Assembly: GCA_031459535.1 (NCBI GenBank)
Contig: JAVKIJ010000011.1
Coordinates: 1-52,107, forward strand
Source: Candidatus Fervidifonticultor quintus
Lineage (GTDB): Bacteria > Sysuimicrobiota > Sysuimicrobiia > Sysuimicrobiales > Humicultoraceae
Length of the DNA stretch: 52,107 bases
Reading direction: 5' to 3'
The notes under the pieces are model-generated. The model was not told where the DNA came from and did not search any database. It saw only the letters and a program-made list of their open reading frames with translations. Below, piece after piece: positions 38,744 to 48,339 of this stretch; within the stretch, counting starts at the first letter, position 1; every line of letters begins with the position of its first letter. The translations under genes and the position numbers were made by a program.

Positions 38744-39684
38744 CGGCACCCGAGCGGGTCGCGGTGCGGGTGATCTTCATGGGAACACCGGCGTTTGCGG
38801 TGCCCTCCCTGCGCGCGCTGGCTGAGGCCGCCACGGTCGTTGCCGTGGTCACGCAGCCGGATCGACGGGCGGGCCGTGGGCTCAAGCTGCTCTCCCCGCC
38901 CGTTGCCTCTGCCGCCCGGGCGCTGGGCCTGCCAGTGATGCAGCCCGAGGGTCTGCGTGGCGCGTCCGTGCAGGCCGCGCTGTCTGGGCTCGACCCCGAT
39001 CTCCTGGTCGTGGCGGCGTACGGCCGCATCATTCCGCCGACGGTGCTGGCGCTCCCTCGGCTGGGGGCGGTGAACCTGCACCCGTCGTTGCTCCCGGCCT
39101 ATCGCGGTGCGTCGCCCATCCAGGCGGCGGTCGCCGACGGTGTCGCTACCACCGGCGTGACCGTCATGTACGTCACCGACGAGCTGGATGCCGGGGACAT
39201 CATTGTCCAACGGGAGGTGCCCATTGGGCCCGACGAAACGGCCGGCGAGCTGGAGGCCAGGCTGGCGGTGATCGGGTCGGAATTGTTGGTCGAGGCCGTG
39301 CGTTTGATCGCTCGGGGTGAGGCGCCGCGTCGCCCGCAGGATCACCGCCGTGCTACCTACACCAGCAAGATCACCAAGGAGCACGGTCGCATCCCGTGGG
39401 ACCGGCCTGCCAGGGACATCGTGAACCTGATCCGGGCTGCCAACCCGTGGCCGTGCGCGTTTACGGCCTGGCGGGGCGGAACCCTTCGGGTGTGGCGCGC
39501 CGGGATCGGATCAGGCTCCGGTACCCCCGGAGAGGTGCTCGCGGCCGACGAGCACGGCATCACCGTGGCGGCTGGCTGCGGCGCCGTGGTGCTCCGGGAA
39601 GTCCAGGTCGAGGGTGGGCGGCGGATGTCGGCGGCGGAGTTCCTGTGCGGACACAGGCTGCGCCCCGGTGACCGCCTGGGATGA
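38740..39684 (+). CDS. fmt: Methionyl-tRNA formyltransferase
   Basis: FMGTP.FA, TQPDR, VAAYG, NLHPSLLP.YRGASPI, LDAGDI. Confidence 0.96.
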   Translation: MTAPERVAVRVIFMGTPAFAVPSLRALAEAATVVAVVTQPDRRAGRGLKLLSPPVASAARALGLPVMQPEGLRGASVQAALSGLDPDLLVVAAYGRIIPPTVLALPRLGAVNLHPSLLPAYRGASPIQAAVADGVATTGVTVMYVTDELDAGDIIVQREVPIGPDETAGELEARLAVIGSELLVEAVRLIARGEAPRRPQDHRRATYTSKITKEHGRIPWDRPARDIVNLIRAANPWPCAFTAWRGGTLRVWRAGIGSGSGTPGEVLAADEHGITVAAGCGAVVLREVQVEGGRRMSAAEFLCGHRLRPGDRLG

Positions 39685-39726
39685 GATGATAGAATATGGG
39701 CAACACAGGCCCGGGGGGATGGACAG

Positions 39727-40410
39727 ATGTTCTTTGATTCGACGTACATGATCGTGCTACCGGCGCTGGTACTGGCGCTCTATGCCCAGTTCAAGGTGCG
39801 GAGCACGTTTGGGCGGTACAGCGAAGTGCCCACGGCCGCCGGTCGCACGGGTGCCGAGGTGGCTGCGGAGATTCTGCGCCGCCGGGGTATTGTGGGTGTG
39901 AGGATCGAGCCCGTCGAGGGCATGCTGGCGGACCATTACGATCCGCGCACGAGGACGCTCCGACTCTCGCCCCAAGTGTATGCCAGCCCGTCGGTGGCTG
40001 CGGTGGGGGTAGCCGCGCACGAGTGCGGCCACGCCCTGCAACACGCCGAGCGGTACGCACCGCTGGCAGCCCGGAGCGCGATCGTGCCCCTGGCGACCAT
40101 TGGCACCAATGCCGCCTGGATCCTGTTTCTCATCGGCATGCTGACCAGCACCCGCTACCTCATGGACCTGGGGATCCTGCTCTTTACGGGGTACATTGCG
40201 TTCTCGCTCATCACATTGCCGGTGGAGTTCGACGCGAGTCGGCGCGCTGTGCAGGTCCTGCAAGGCGAGGGCCTGGTCATGCCGCGAGAGGCCGACGGCG
40301 TCAGATCCGTGCTCGGCGCTGCGGCACTGACCTACGTGGCGGCTGCGGCCATGGCGGTGCTGCAGCTCGTGCGGCTCGTCATGCTGCGCAACATGCGTGA
40401 GAGCGACTAG
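39727..40410 (+). CDS. YugP-like neutral zinc metallopeptidase
   Basis: DHYDP, AAHECGHALQ, TLPVEFDASRRA, AAALTYVAA. Confidence 0.9.
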   Translation: MFFDSTYMIVLPALVLALYAQFKVRSTFGRYSEVPTAAGRTGAEVAAEILRRRGIVGVRIEPVEGMLADHYDPRTRTLRLSPQVYASPSVAAVGVAAHECGHALQHAERYAPLAARSAIVPLATIGTNAAWILFLIGMLTSTRYLMDLGILLFTGYIAFSLITLPVEFDASRRAVQVLQGEGLVMPREADGVRSVLGAAALTYVAAAAMAVLQLVRLVMLRNMRESD

Positions 40411-41764
40411 GGCGCCGGGGTCGGTCGCCTCAGCGCGCGAGGCCGCCTTCACCGTCCTGTACCGGGCGGAGGCGGCCCGTGCTTTTGTATCCGTTCTGCT
40501 GTTCCACACGCTGGAGCGTTCCGATCTCGGGGCGAACGACCGGGCGCTGGCCACGGCGATCACGTTGGGTGTGCTGCGCCACCGCAAGCGTCTGGACCAT
40601 GCGTTGCAAAGCGTGCTGACGAGGCCGCTGGAAGACCTCCCCACGGCCATCCGCACCGTCCTGCGCATGGGTGCCTACCAGATCCTGGAGATGGACCGGG
40701 TCCCCGCGCCGGCGGCCACGTCCGAAGCCGTAGCGCTGGCCCGCCGGCACGGCCACGCGGGCACCGCGCGCCTGGTCAACGCGGTGTTGAGGCGCCTGGC
40801 GGCGCAGGGACCACCGGCGCCGCTCGATCCGGCGCGGGATCCCATCGGCCATGCGGCGGTCACCCTCTCCCATCCGCGGTGGTTGCTCGAGCGGTGGGTC
40901 GGGGCGTGGGGGCTCGAGGAGGCGGCGGCGCTGGCCGCCGCGAACCTGCAGCCTGCGCCGTCAGTGCTGCGCGCCAACACCCTGAAGATCGGGCGCGACG
41001 ATCTCCTCGAGGCCCTCGCCGCGCGCGGGTTGAGGGCGTCGCCGGGCCTGCTTCCCGAAGCGATACGCGTCGAGGGTCCGCTGACCGGGCGGCTCTCGTT
41101 GATCGATCAGGGCCTCTGCGTGGTGCAGGACGAAGCTGCGATGCTCGTGGCGCACGCCCTGGCACCGGCGGAGGGGAGCACGGTGATCGACGCCTGCGCG
41201 GCCCCTGGGGGCAAGACCACGCACCTCGCCGCGCTGATGGCCAACACCGGCCGGCTGATCGCATGCGACGTGCATCCCGCCAAATTGCGGGCGCTGGCTG
41301 AACGGGCCGCCCGCATGGGGGCCGAGTGCGTGGAGGCCCACCACATGGACGCTCGTGAGATCGGCGGGCGGTGGCCCGGGCGGGCCGATGCGGTCTTGGT
41401 GGATGCGCCCTGCTCAGGGCTGGGCACCATCCGGCGCCGGCCGGAACTCAAGTGGCGAGGGGCGCCTGACTTCGACCGCCACGCGCGGGAACAGCGGGCG
41501 CTCCTGGACGGTGTGGCAGGTGCCGTACGAGCGGGCGGTGTCCTGGTCTACAGCGTCTGCAGCCTGGAGTCTGAAGAGGGGCCGGCGGTGGTGCGGGCGT
41601 TCCTGGCAGATCATCCCGCATTCGAGCCAGCGGGGTGGCCCCCGGGGTTCCCCTCCATGCTGAACGGCCGGCCGCTCACTGCCCTCGGGCCGGGAGAGCT
41701 ACAGCTCTGGCCGCACCGGCACGACACCGACGGATTCTACATTGCACGGCTGCGGCGCCGCTGA
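40397..41764 (+). CDS. rsmB: 16S rRNA m5C967 methyltransferase RsmB/Sun
   Basis: NusB-like N-terminus, SHPRWL, VQDE, DACAAPGGKT, DAPCSGLG, DGFYIA. Confidence 0.95.
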   Translation: MRATRAPGSVASAREAAFTVLYRAEAARAFVSVLLFHTLERSDLGANDRALATAITLGVLRHRKRLDHALQSVLTRPLEDLPTAIRTVLRMGAYQILEMDRVPAPAATSEAVALARRHGHAGTARLVNAVLRRLAAQGPPAPLDPARDPIGHAAVTLSHPRWLLERWVGAWGLEEAAALAAANLQPAPSVLRANTLKIGRDDLLEALAARGLRASPGLLPEAIRVEGPLTGRLSLIDQGLCVVQDEAAMLVAHALAPAEGSTVIDACAAPGGKTTHLAALMANTGRLIACDVHPAKLRALAERAARMGAECVEAHHMDAREIGGRWPGRADAVLVDAPCSGLGTIRRRPELKWRGAPDFDRHAREQRALLDGVAGAVRAGGVLVYSVCSLESEEGPAVVRAFLADHPAFEPAGWPPGFPSMLNGRPLTALGPGELQLWPHRHDTDGFYIARLRRR

Positions 41765-41831
41765 TCGTGGCGCCGCAGCGCCCGGCTATTATAATCAGGA
41801 CGGTCGCGGCCTGGAGGCCGCGAGCGGTCGG

Positions 41832-42872
41832 ATGAGAGAACTGCTCGGACTCACCCTCGAAGAACTGCAAGCCGTGGCGGTTGCCCTCGGGGAACGGCCT
41901 TATCGCGGTCGTCAGCTTGCCCGGTGGATCTACGCCCGGCGCGCGGCCAGCGCCGCTGAGATGACAGACCTGCCCTCGGCATGGCGCGAGCGGTTGGCGT
42001 CGGAGACCACGCTGTCCCGGCTGCGGCTGCTGCTGCGTGCCGATGCGGCCAGCGATGGCACGACCAAGGTTCTACTCGGGCTGCAGGACGGCCGGACCAT
42101 CGAGAGCGTGCTGCTGCGCTATGATGACGGCCGGCGCACCGCCTGCGTGTCGACCCAGGTCGGATGCGGGATGGGCTGCACGTTCTGCGCGACCGGCCTC
42201 GCCGGGCTCGTGCGCAACCTCACCGCCGGCGAGATCGTCGACCAGGTGCTGCTCCTGGCGCAAGAGACGGGCGAGCGGATCACCCATGTGGTGTTCATGG
42301 GGATGGGCGAACCCCTGGCGAACTACGAGGCGACGCTGCGCGCCGTCCGGTTGCTCAACGCGCCCTACGGGCTGCGGATCGGCATGCGCCACCTGACCAT
42401 CTCGACCGTGGGGCTGGTACCCCAGATCCGCCGGCTGGCATCGGAGCGGCTGCAGCTGCTCCTGGCGATCTCCCTGCATGCGCCCAATGACGAACTGCGC
42501 TCGCAGCTCGTGCCCGTCAACCGGCGGTGGCCGCTTGCGGAGTTGATGGCCGCCGCCCGCACCTACGCGTCGCTGACGGGCCGGCGCGTCACCTTCGAGT
42601 ACGTGCTCATGGCCGGGATCAACGACCACGACGAGCACGCCCGCCAGCTCGGGGCACTGCTGTCCGGATGGAATGCCCACCTCAACATCATCCCGTGGAA
42701 TCCCGTCTACGGGCTGCAGTACCGCCGGCCAGCCCCGGCCGCAGTCAACCGCTTCGCGGCTCAGCTGCGGCAGGCTGGGGTGGCGACCACGATCCGCATT
42801 GATCGCGGGGTGGGTATCGATGCGGCGTGCGGACAGCTCCAGCGTACCCACGCCGTGGAGGTGCCGGCATGA
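41832..42872 (+). CDS. rlmN: 23S rRNA/tRNA m2A methyltransferase RlmN
   Basis: CVSTQVGC.MGC.FCATG, FMGMGEP, ISLHAP, IDAACGQL. Confidence 0.96.
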   Translation: MRELLGLTLEELQAVAVALGERPYRGRQLARWIYARRAASAAEMTDLPSAWRERLASETTLSRLRLLLRADAASDGTTKVLLGLQDGRTIESVLLRYDDGRRTACVSTQVGCGMGCTFCATGLAGLVRNLTAGEIVDQVLLLAQETGERITHVVFMGMGEPLANYEATLRAVRLLNAPYGLRIGMRHLTISTVGLVPQIRRLASERLQLLLAISLHAPNDELRSQLVPVNRRWPLAELMAAARTYASLTGRRVTFEYVLMAGINDHDEHARQLGALLSGWNAHLNIIPWNPVYGLQYRRPAPAAVNRFAAQLRQAGVATTIRIDRGVGIDAACGQLQRTHAVEVPA

Positions 42873-44881
42873 CGGTTGCGGTGGGCACGGTGCTGGCAGG
42901 ACGATACGAGATCCTGGACCGGATCGCCGATGGCGGCATGTCCACCGTGTACCGGGCGCGCCGGCAGCCCGACGGTCTGATCGTGGCGGTGAAGGTGCTG
43001 CGGCCGCAGTACGCCGCCGACCGGGAGTTCATCGAGCGGTTCTCGCGAGAAGCGCGGGCGGCCGAGGCATTGCGGCATCCCAACATTGTCCAGGTGTTCG
43101 AGAGCGGCCGCGACGGCGATGTGCACTTCATCGCCATGGAGTACGTGGAGGGCTCGGATCTGAAGGGACACGTGCGGCGGGTGGGGCGGCTCGACCCGGC
43201 CGATGCCGAGCGCATCGCCATGGCTGTGTGTGAGGCGCTCGACTATGCCCACCGCCAGGGCATCATTCACCGGGATGTGAAGCCCCAGAATATCCTCCTG
43301 GCGCCCGACGGCACGGTGAAGGTGGCGGACTTCGGTATCGCACGGGCGATGGCTGCGGTCACCATCACCCAGCCCGGCACCGTGCTCGGCACCGTCCACT
43401 ACCTGTCACCGGAGCAGGCGCGGGGCGCGCCGGTGGGCCGCGCGTCAGACCTCTACGCGCTCGGGGTCGTGCTCTACGAGATGCTGACCGGTCGCCTCCC
43501 GTTTGAAGGCGACACACCCGTGGCCATTGCCCTCAAGCACCTCCACGAGCGGCCGCCTCGCCCCCGGCTGGTCGAGCCCTCCGTGCCGCTCCGCCTGGAA
43601 GGCATCGTGCTCACCGCCCTGGCCAAGCGCAGCGAAGATCGGTACCGCTCCGCGCGTGACATGGCCACCGACCTGGCTGGCGAGACCGAGTTCTGGAAGG
43701 ATGCCCCCGACGCCATGGAGGCCACCAGGCAGTTCGAGCTGCCCGCGCCGCCCTCGCCGAGGCGTCGGAGGCGGCTCGGAGCGGTGCACGTGGCCGGCAT
43801 CGTGGTCGCCACCCTCGCGGTGGGGATCTACCTCGGCGTGCAGGCGCTTGACCGCTACCTGACGGTGCCCGAGGTCGAGATGCCCATGCTGGTCGGCCGG
43901 CCGCTCCCGGAGGCCGAACAGATGGCCCGGGATGCCCGGCTCGTCCTCGACGTCACCGATCGGATCAACAGTGCCACGGTGCCGGCCAACGTGGTAATCT
44001 CGCAGGACCAACCGCCCGGAAAGCGCTTGAAACAGGGTCGTCGCGTCGGCGTCGTCGTGAGCCTGGGCGTCGAGACGGTCACGGTACCCGATCTGGCAGG
44101 GCGCACCGTGCAGGAGGCGCAGCTCGCGCTCGATGACGCCCGGCTGCGGGTCGGTGCCCTCCAGGACACCTATGACGATCTGGCCAGACCCGGCACGGTG
44201 CTGCGGCAGGATCCGGCGGCCGGCGCTACGGTGCCCGCAGACTCGCCGGTCACGCTGGTCATCAGCCGGGGCCCGGCGCTGGTCGAGATGCCGTCGCTGG
44301 TCGGTCGCACCCTGGAGGAGGCGCGACGGCTGCTGGACGAGAAAGGGTTGATGGTGGCGCACCTGCGCACCGTGGGTACGGTGGAGATACCGCCGGGCGT
44401 CGTGATCGACCAGGCGCCGTCTGCCGGCACCAAACTCCGGCCGGCCGAGGGCACCATCACGTTGACGGTGAGCGCGCGGCCCGGCGAGGAGGCCGCGCCG
44501 CCCCGTGCGCCGGTCATCACCGCTGAGCCGCAGCCGGTTCAGTCCCCGGTTGCCACTCCCACGGCGGCACCACCGCCGACACCCGTGCTTCAACCGACGC
44601 TCCCGCCGCGCGTTACCCCCACGCCGGCCCGGACACCGGCCGCGACGCCCGCGCCTCCTGCCACGTCCGGGCAGGTGCGGCGCACGCGGATCCAGGTGGT
44701 GGTGCCGGAAGGTGGGCAGCAGGAGGTCAAGATCGTCGTGATCGATGAGACCGGCGTGCACACGGTCTACCGGGCGCGGCACGTGCCTGGAGACCGGGTG
44801 GACCAGATCGTGCAAAGCCAGGGCTACACCATCATCCAGGTGTACGTCGACAACCGCCTCGTGCAAGAGGTGCGCCCGTGA
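42869..44881 (+). CDS. pknB: PASTA-domain Ser/Thr protein kinase (PknB/PrkC)
   Basis: VAVK, HRDVKPQN, DFGIA, YLSPEQ, TM helix, three PASTA repeats, Pro/Thr linker. Confidence 0.93.
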   Translation: MTVAVGTVLAGRYEILDRIADGGMSTVYRARRQPDGLIVAVKVLRPQYAADREFIERFSREARAAEALRHPNIVQVFESGRDGDVHFIAMEYVEGSDLKGHVRRVGRLDPADAERIAMAVCEALDYAHRQGIIHRDVKPQNILLAPDGTVKVADFGIARAMAAVTITQPGTVLGTVHYLSPEQARGAPVGRASDLYALGVVLYEMLTGRLPFEGDTPVAIALKHLHERPPRPRLVEPSVPLRLEGIVLTALAKRSEDRYRSARDMATDLAGETEFWKDAPDAMEATRQFELPAPPSPRRRRRLGAVHVAGIVVATLAVGIYLGVQALDRYLTVPEVEMPMLVGRPLPEAEQMARDARLVLDVTDRINSATVPANVVISQDQPPGKRLKQGRRVGVVVSLGVETVTVPDLAGRTVQEAQLALDDARLRVGALQDTYDDLARPGTVLRQDPAAGATVPADSPVTLVISRGPALVEMPSLVGRTLEEARRLLDEKGLMVAHLRTVGTVEIPPGVVIDQAPSAGTKLRPAEGTITLTVSARPGEEAAPPRAPVITAEPQPVQSPVATPTAAPPPTPVLQPTLPPRVTPTPARTPAATPAPPATSGQVRRTRIQVVVPEGGQQEVKIVVIDETGVHTVYRARHVPGDRVDQIVQSQGYTIIQVYVDNRLVQEVRP

Positions 44882-45549
44882 TCGATCGGTTGCCGCACGG
44901 CGCCGTTCAAATCGCCGTCAGCATTCTGAGCGCGGACTTCGCGGCGCTGGGAGAAGCGGTGCGCAGGGTCGAGCGCGCCGGCGCCGATCGCCTGCACGTG
45001 GACGTGATGGACGGTCACTTCGTGCCGCCCATCACCATGGGGCCGGTGGTCGTGGAGGCCCTACGCCGCACCTCGACGCTGCCCATCGACGTGCACCTCA
45101 TGGTGGAACAGCCCGAGCGACACCTTGAGGCTTTCGTCGCGGCCGGTGCGTCCACCCTTGTGGTGCACCTGGAGGCGACCGCTCATCCGCACCGCGTGCT
45201 CGAGGCCGTCCGGGCACTGGAGGTTGGGGCAGGGATCGCCCTCAATCCGGGGACGCCGGCTGAGGCTGTCGGCGAACTGCGCCAGATCGTCGACCAGGTG
45301 CTGGTGATGAGCGTCAATCCGGGTTACGCCGGACAGGTGTTCATCCCCTCGGTGCTCGCCAAGATTCCGCGCCTTCGCGCGCTGCTCGGCAGGCCGGTGC
45401 CCATCGGCATTGACGGCGGCATATCCCCGAAGACCGCGCCGGACGCGGTGGCTGCGGGTGCCAACGTGCTCGTGGCCGCCTCGGCAATCTTTCAGGCCCC
45501 GGAGGGTATCGAGGAGGCGCTGGCCCGGCTGCGTGCGGCCCTCTCGTGA
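44878..45549 (+). CDS. rpe: Ribulose-phosphate 3-epimerase
   Basis: SILSADF, HVDVMDGHFVP, DVHLM, MSVNPG, IDGGI. Confidence 0.96.
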   Translation: MIDRLPHGAVQIAVSILSADFAALGEAVRRVERAGADRLHVDVMDGHFVPPITMGPVVVEALRRTSTLPIDVHLMVEQPERHLEAFVAAGASTLVVHLEATAHPHRVLEAVRALEVGAGIALNPGTPAEAVGELRQIVDQVLVMSVNPGYAGQVFIPSVLAKIPRLRALLGRPVPIGIDGGISPKTAPDAVAAGANVLVAASAIFQAPEGIEEALARLRAALS

Positions 45550-46586
45550 CCACACTGTACGTCACCCACCCCGCGTGCGAGCGCCACCTGACGGGTCCGG
45601 GTCACCCCGAGCGCCCGGAGAGGCTGCGGGCGATCGACAGGTCGCTGGCCAACAGCGGGCTGGCCGAGAGGATGACGGTCGTCGAAGCGCCCGAGGTCGA
45701 CCGAGATCTGCTCGCTGCCGTGCACCACCGCGACTACGTGGCGCGCCTGGAGGCGCTAGCGGCAGGGGGTGGCGGCTGGTTGGATTCCGATACCCGGGTC
45801 AGCCCCGACTCGCCCCTGGCGGCACGCCGTGCCGCCGGGGCGGCGCAGCGGGCCGCAGAGGGCCTCTGCGCCGGCGAGGCTCACCGGGCGTTCGCGAGCG
45901 TCCGGCCGCCGGGCCATCACGCGTTGCCGGGCCGCGGTATGGGTTTCTGCCTGTTCAACAATGTCGCGGTGGCCGCGCTGGCCGCCCGGCGGGCGGGACG
46001 GCAGCGCGTAATGATCGTGGACTGGGACGTCCACCACGGGAACGGCACCCAGGCGGTCTTCTGGCGTGACCCCAGCGTGCTGGTCATCTCGTTGCATCAG
46101 GAGTACTGGTATCCCGGGACCGGGGCGGTCGAAGAGGTCGGTGAGGGGCCGGGAGAGGGGTTTACGGTGAACGTGCCGCTGCCGGCCCAGACCGGGGACG
46201 GCGGCTACCAGGACGCCTTCGCCGAGGTGGTCCTGCCGCTGGTTAGCGCGTTCGTCCCGGACTTCATCGCGATATCGGCCGGGTACGATGCCCATTTCAG
46301 CGATCCCCTGGGCGGGATGGTGCTGACCGCGAGGGGGTTCGGCTGCCTGGCGCGCATGCTGGACGAAGCGGCACGCGCCCGCGGTATCCCGGTGCTCGCC
46401 GTCCTGGAAGGCGGCTATGACCTCCAGGCCCTCGGGGCATCGGTCGTCGCCACGCTCGAAGCGCTCACCGGGCATTCCGCGTGGGGCGCAACCGATGAGG
46501 AAGCTCCGCCCGCCGCCCCCGCAGCGCTGGTAGGGGCGCGATTGCGCCAGGTCCGTCGCGTCCTGCTGGCGCACTGGCACATCTAG
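45546..46586 (+). CDS. Histone deacetylase family (class II-like) deacylase
   Basis: HPERPERL, RPPGHHA, GFCLFNN, DWDVHHGNGTQ, SAGYDAH, LEGGY. Confidence 0.93.
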   Translation: MTTLYVTHPACERHLTGPGHPERPERLRAIDRSLANSGLAERMTVVEAPEVDRDLLAAVHHRDYVARLEALAAGGGGWLDSDTRVSPDSPLAARRAAGAAQRAAEGLCAGEAHRAFASVRPPGHHALPGRGMGFCLFNNVAVAALAARRAGRQRVMIVDWDVHHGNGTQAVFWRDPSVLVISLHQEYWYPGTGAVEEVGEGPGEGFTVNVPLPAQTGDGGYQDAFAEVVLPLVSAFVPDFIAISAGYDAHFSDPLGGMVLTARGFGCLARMLDEAARARGIPVLAVLEGGYDLQALGASVVATLEALTGHSAWGATDEEAPPAAPAALVGARLRQVRRVLLAHWHI

Positions 46587-46593
46587 CGTGGGC

Positions 46594-46618
46594 AGGAACC
46601 CCCCTCCAAGTGGCGAAC
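46594..46618 (+). promoter_or_regulatory. Putative sigma-H-like promoter of rpsA
   Basis: AGGAACC-N11-GGCGAAC. Confidence 0.55.
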
Positions 46619-46683
46619 AATAGCGGGTGCCCTTGGTAGCGCATGCGCCGGGCTGCCGGGCTGTTAAGGGAGCTGCGGAGGTC

Positions 46684-47913
46684 ATGGAAAAGGAAGCGGT
46701 GACGGAGGAGCAACAGGGCGCGAAGAACGAGACCGTGGACCTGTCCGAGGCCGTGCCGGCCCTGCAGGAGCGGCAGATTGTCAAAGGCACAGTCGTCCGC
46801 GTCGACACTGAGGGTATCCTCGTCGATATCGGCGCCAAGTCCGAGGGGCTCATCCCGCCCAAAGAACTGTCGCGGCAGGGGGAACAGCCTGAACAGGTGG
46901 CGGTGGGCGACCGTATCGATGTGATGGTGATGCGTGTGGACGGCGAAGAAGGCAACATCATCTTGAGCAAGAAACGAGCCGACTTCGTCGCCGCCTGGGA
47001 TCGCGTCATCCGCGCGCACCAGACGGGGGCGGTCCTGCACGCCATGGTGGTCGACAAGGTGAAAGGCGGTCTGGTGGTGGACCTGGGCATTCGGGGATTC
47101 GTCCCCGGCTCCCACGTGGACCTGTCTTTGGCCAAGGGTCGGCGGTTTGAGTGGTTCGTCGGGCAGTCCATTCCTCTCAAGGTGATCGAGGTCGACCGGG
47201 GCAAGGGCCGCGTCATCCTGTCGCACAGGCTGGCCGCCGATGAAGAACGGAAGTCGCGCCGTGAGGGCATTCTGGCCTCGCTGGAGGAAGGGGCTGTTGT
47301 CGAGGGGGTCGTCAAGCGCATCACTGACTTTGGTGCCTTCATCGACCTCGGAGGGGTGGATGGCTTGCTGCCGATCAGCGAGATGGCCTGGACCTACATC
47401 CGGCATCCATCGGAAGTCGTGCGGCGCAACCAGCACCTCAAGGTCCAGGTGCTCCGGATCGACCGGGAAGGTGGCAAGATCTCCCTGGGTCTCAAGCAGA
47501 TCCTGGAGGATCCGTGGGCGGAAGTGACCGAGCGCTACCGTGTCGGTGAGGTGGTCAGAGGCAAGGTCGTGCGCACGGTCGCCTCGGGCGCATTTGTTCG
47601 CCTGCGGGACATCGACGCGTTCCTGCCCATCTCAGAGCTGGCGGAGAAGCGCGTCGGCAAAGTTGAGGACGTCGTCCAGGTTAGCCAGCAGGTCGAGGTG
47701 ATGGTCACCGACATCCGGCCTGAAGAGCGGCGCATGATCGTCAGCCTTCGCCGCGTGGCCCGCGAGGCCGAGCGCAAGCGGGTCAAGGAGTACATGCGCA
47801 GCCAGGAGGACGAGGGTCGCGTCACGATCGGTGACGCGGTGGGTGAGTTGCTGCGGCAGGTCGTGGAACCACGCACGGAGCCCCCGGGAAAGCCCGAGCA
47901 GGGCGAGGCGTGA
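46684..47913 (+). CDS. rpsA: 30S ribosomal protein S1 (four S1 domains)
   Basis: DIGAKSEG.IP, VKGGLVVD.G.RGFVP.S, TDFGAFIDLGGVDGLL, ISLGLKQ. Confidence 0.93.
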   Translation: MEKEAVTEEQQGAKNETVDLSEAVPALQERQIVKGTVVRVDTEGILVDIGAKSEGLIPPKELSRQGEQPEQVAVGDRIDVMVMRVDGEEGNIILSKKRADFVAAWDRVIRAHQTGAVLHAMVVDKVKGGLVVDLGIRGFVPGSHVDLSLAKGRRFEWFVGQSIPLKVIEVDRGKGRVILSHRLAADEERKSRREGILASLEEGAVVEGVVKRITDFGAFIDLGGVDGLLPISEMAWTYIRHPSEVVRRNQHLKVQVLRIDREGGKISLGLKQILEDPWAEVTERYRVGEVVRGKVVRTVASGAFVRLRDIDAFLPISELAEKRVGKVEDVVQVSQQVEVMVTDIRPEERRMIVSLRRVAREAERKRVKEYMRSQEDEGRVTIGDAVGELLRQVVEPRTEPPGKPEQGEA

Positions 47914-47915
47914 CC

Positions 47916-47944
47916 TTGTCCGGTGCCCCAAGGCCGGTTACAAT
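47916..47944 (+). promoter_or_regulatory. sigmaA-type promoter of tRNA-Pro
   Basis: TTGTCC, 17 nt, TACAAT. Confidence 0.65.
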
Positions 47945-47955
47945 GGGGGCGGCCT

Positions 47956-48034
47956 CGGGGAGTGGCGCAGCTTGGTTTAGCGCGCAGCGTTCGGGACGCT
48001 GAGGCCGGGGGTTCAAATCCCCCCTCCCCGACCA
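47956..48034 (+). tRNA. tRNA-Pro (anticodon CGG)
   Basis: Acceptor CGGGGAG/CTCCCCG + ACCA, D stem GCGC, anticodon arm CAGCG-TTCGGGA-CGCTG, T arm GGGGG-TTCAAAT-CCCCC. Confidence 0.96.
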
Positions 48035-48044
48035 GTTGATCTTG

Positions 48045-48220
48045 GCTCTCCCCGAACGCTAGACTACACTCCGCGGGGAGCGGGAGCCCGGTGCGGGCTC
48101 CTTCCCCGGAAATCTGTGCGATATAGACACGCGCGGGGCGGCGCGGTGGCGTCGTCCCGCGCGTGTGTGTTGGATGGCGGCTGGCGGTGGCGATGAGTGC
48201 AGAGATCGGGGAGAGCACAG
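48045..48220 (+). ncRNA. Candidate structured RNA (sRNA or 5' leader), family not recognised
   Basis: Several long stems (see findings) and an embedded TTGGCT-17-TACACT promoter-like sequence. Confidence 0.35.
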
Positions 48221-48339
48221 GTGACCGAGCCCGCGCGACAGGGCCTGGCGCGCGACCAGGGGAAATGATGTGGGGGGCGCGGGCCGGGTTGCGGTGCCGA
48301 CGCCCCGCAGCACCCCGTGCCACCGACGTACGGAGGTGG

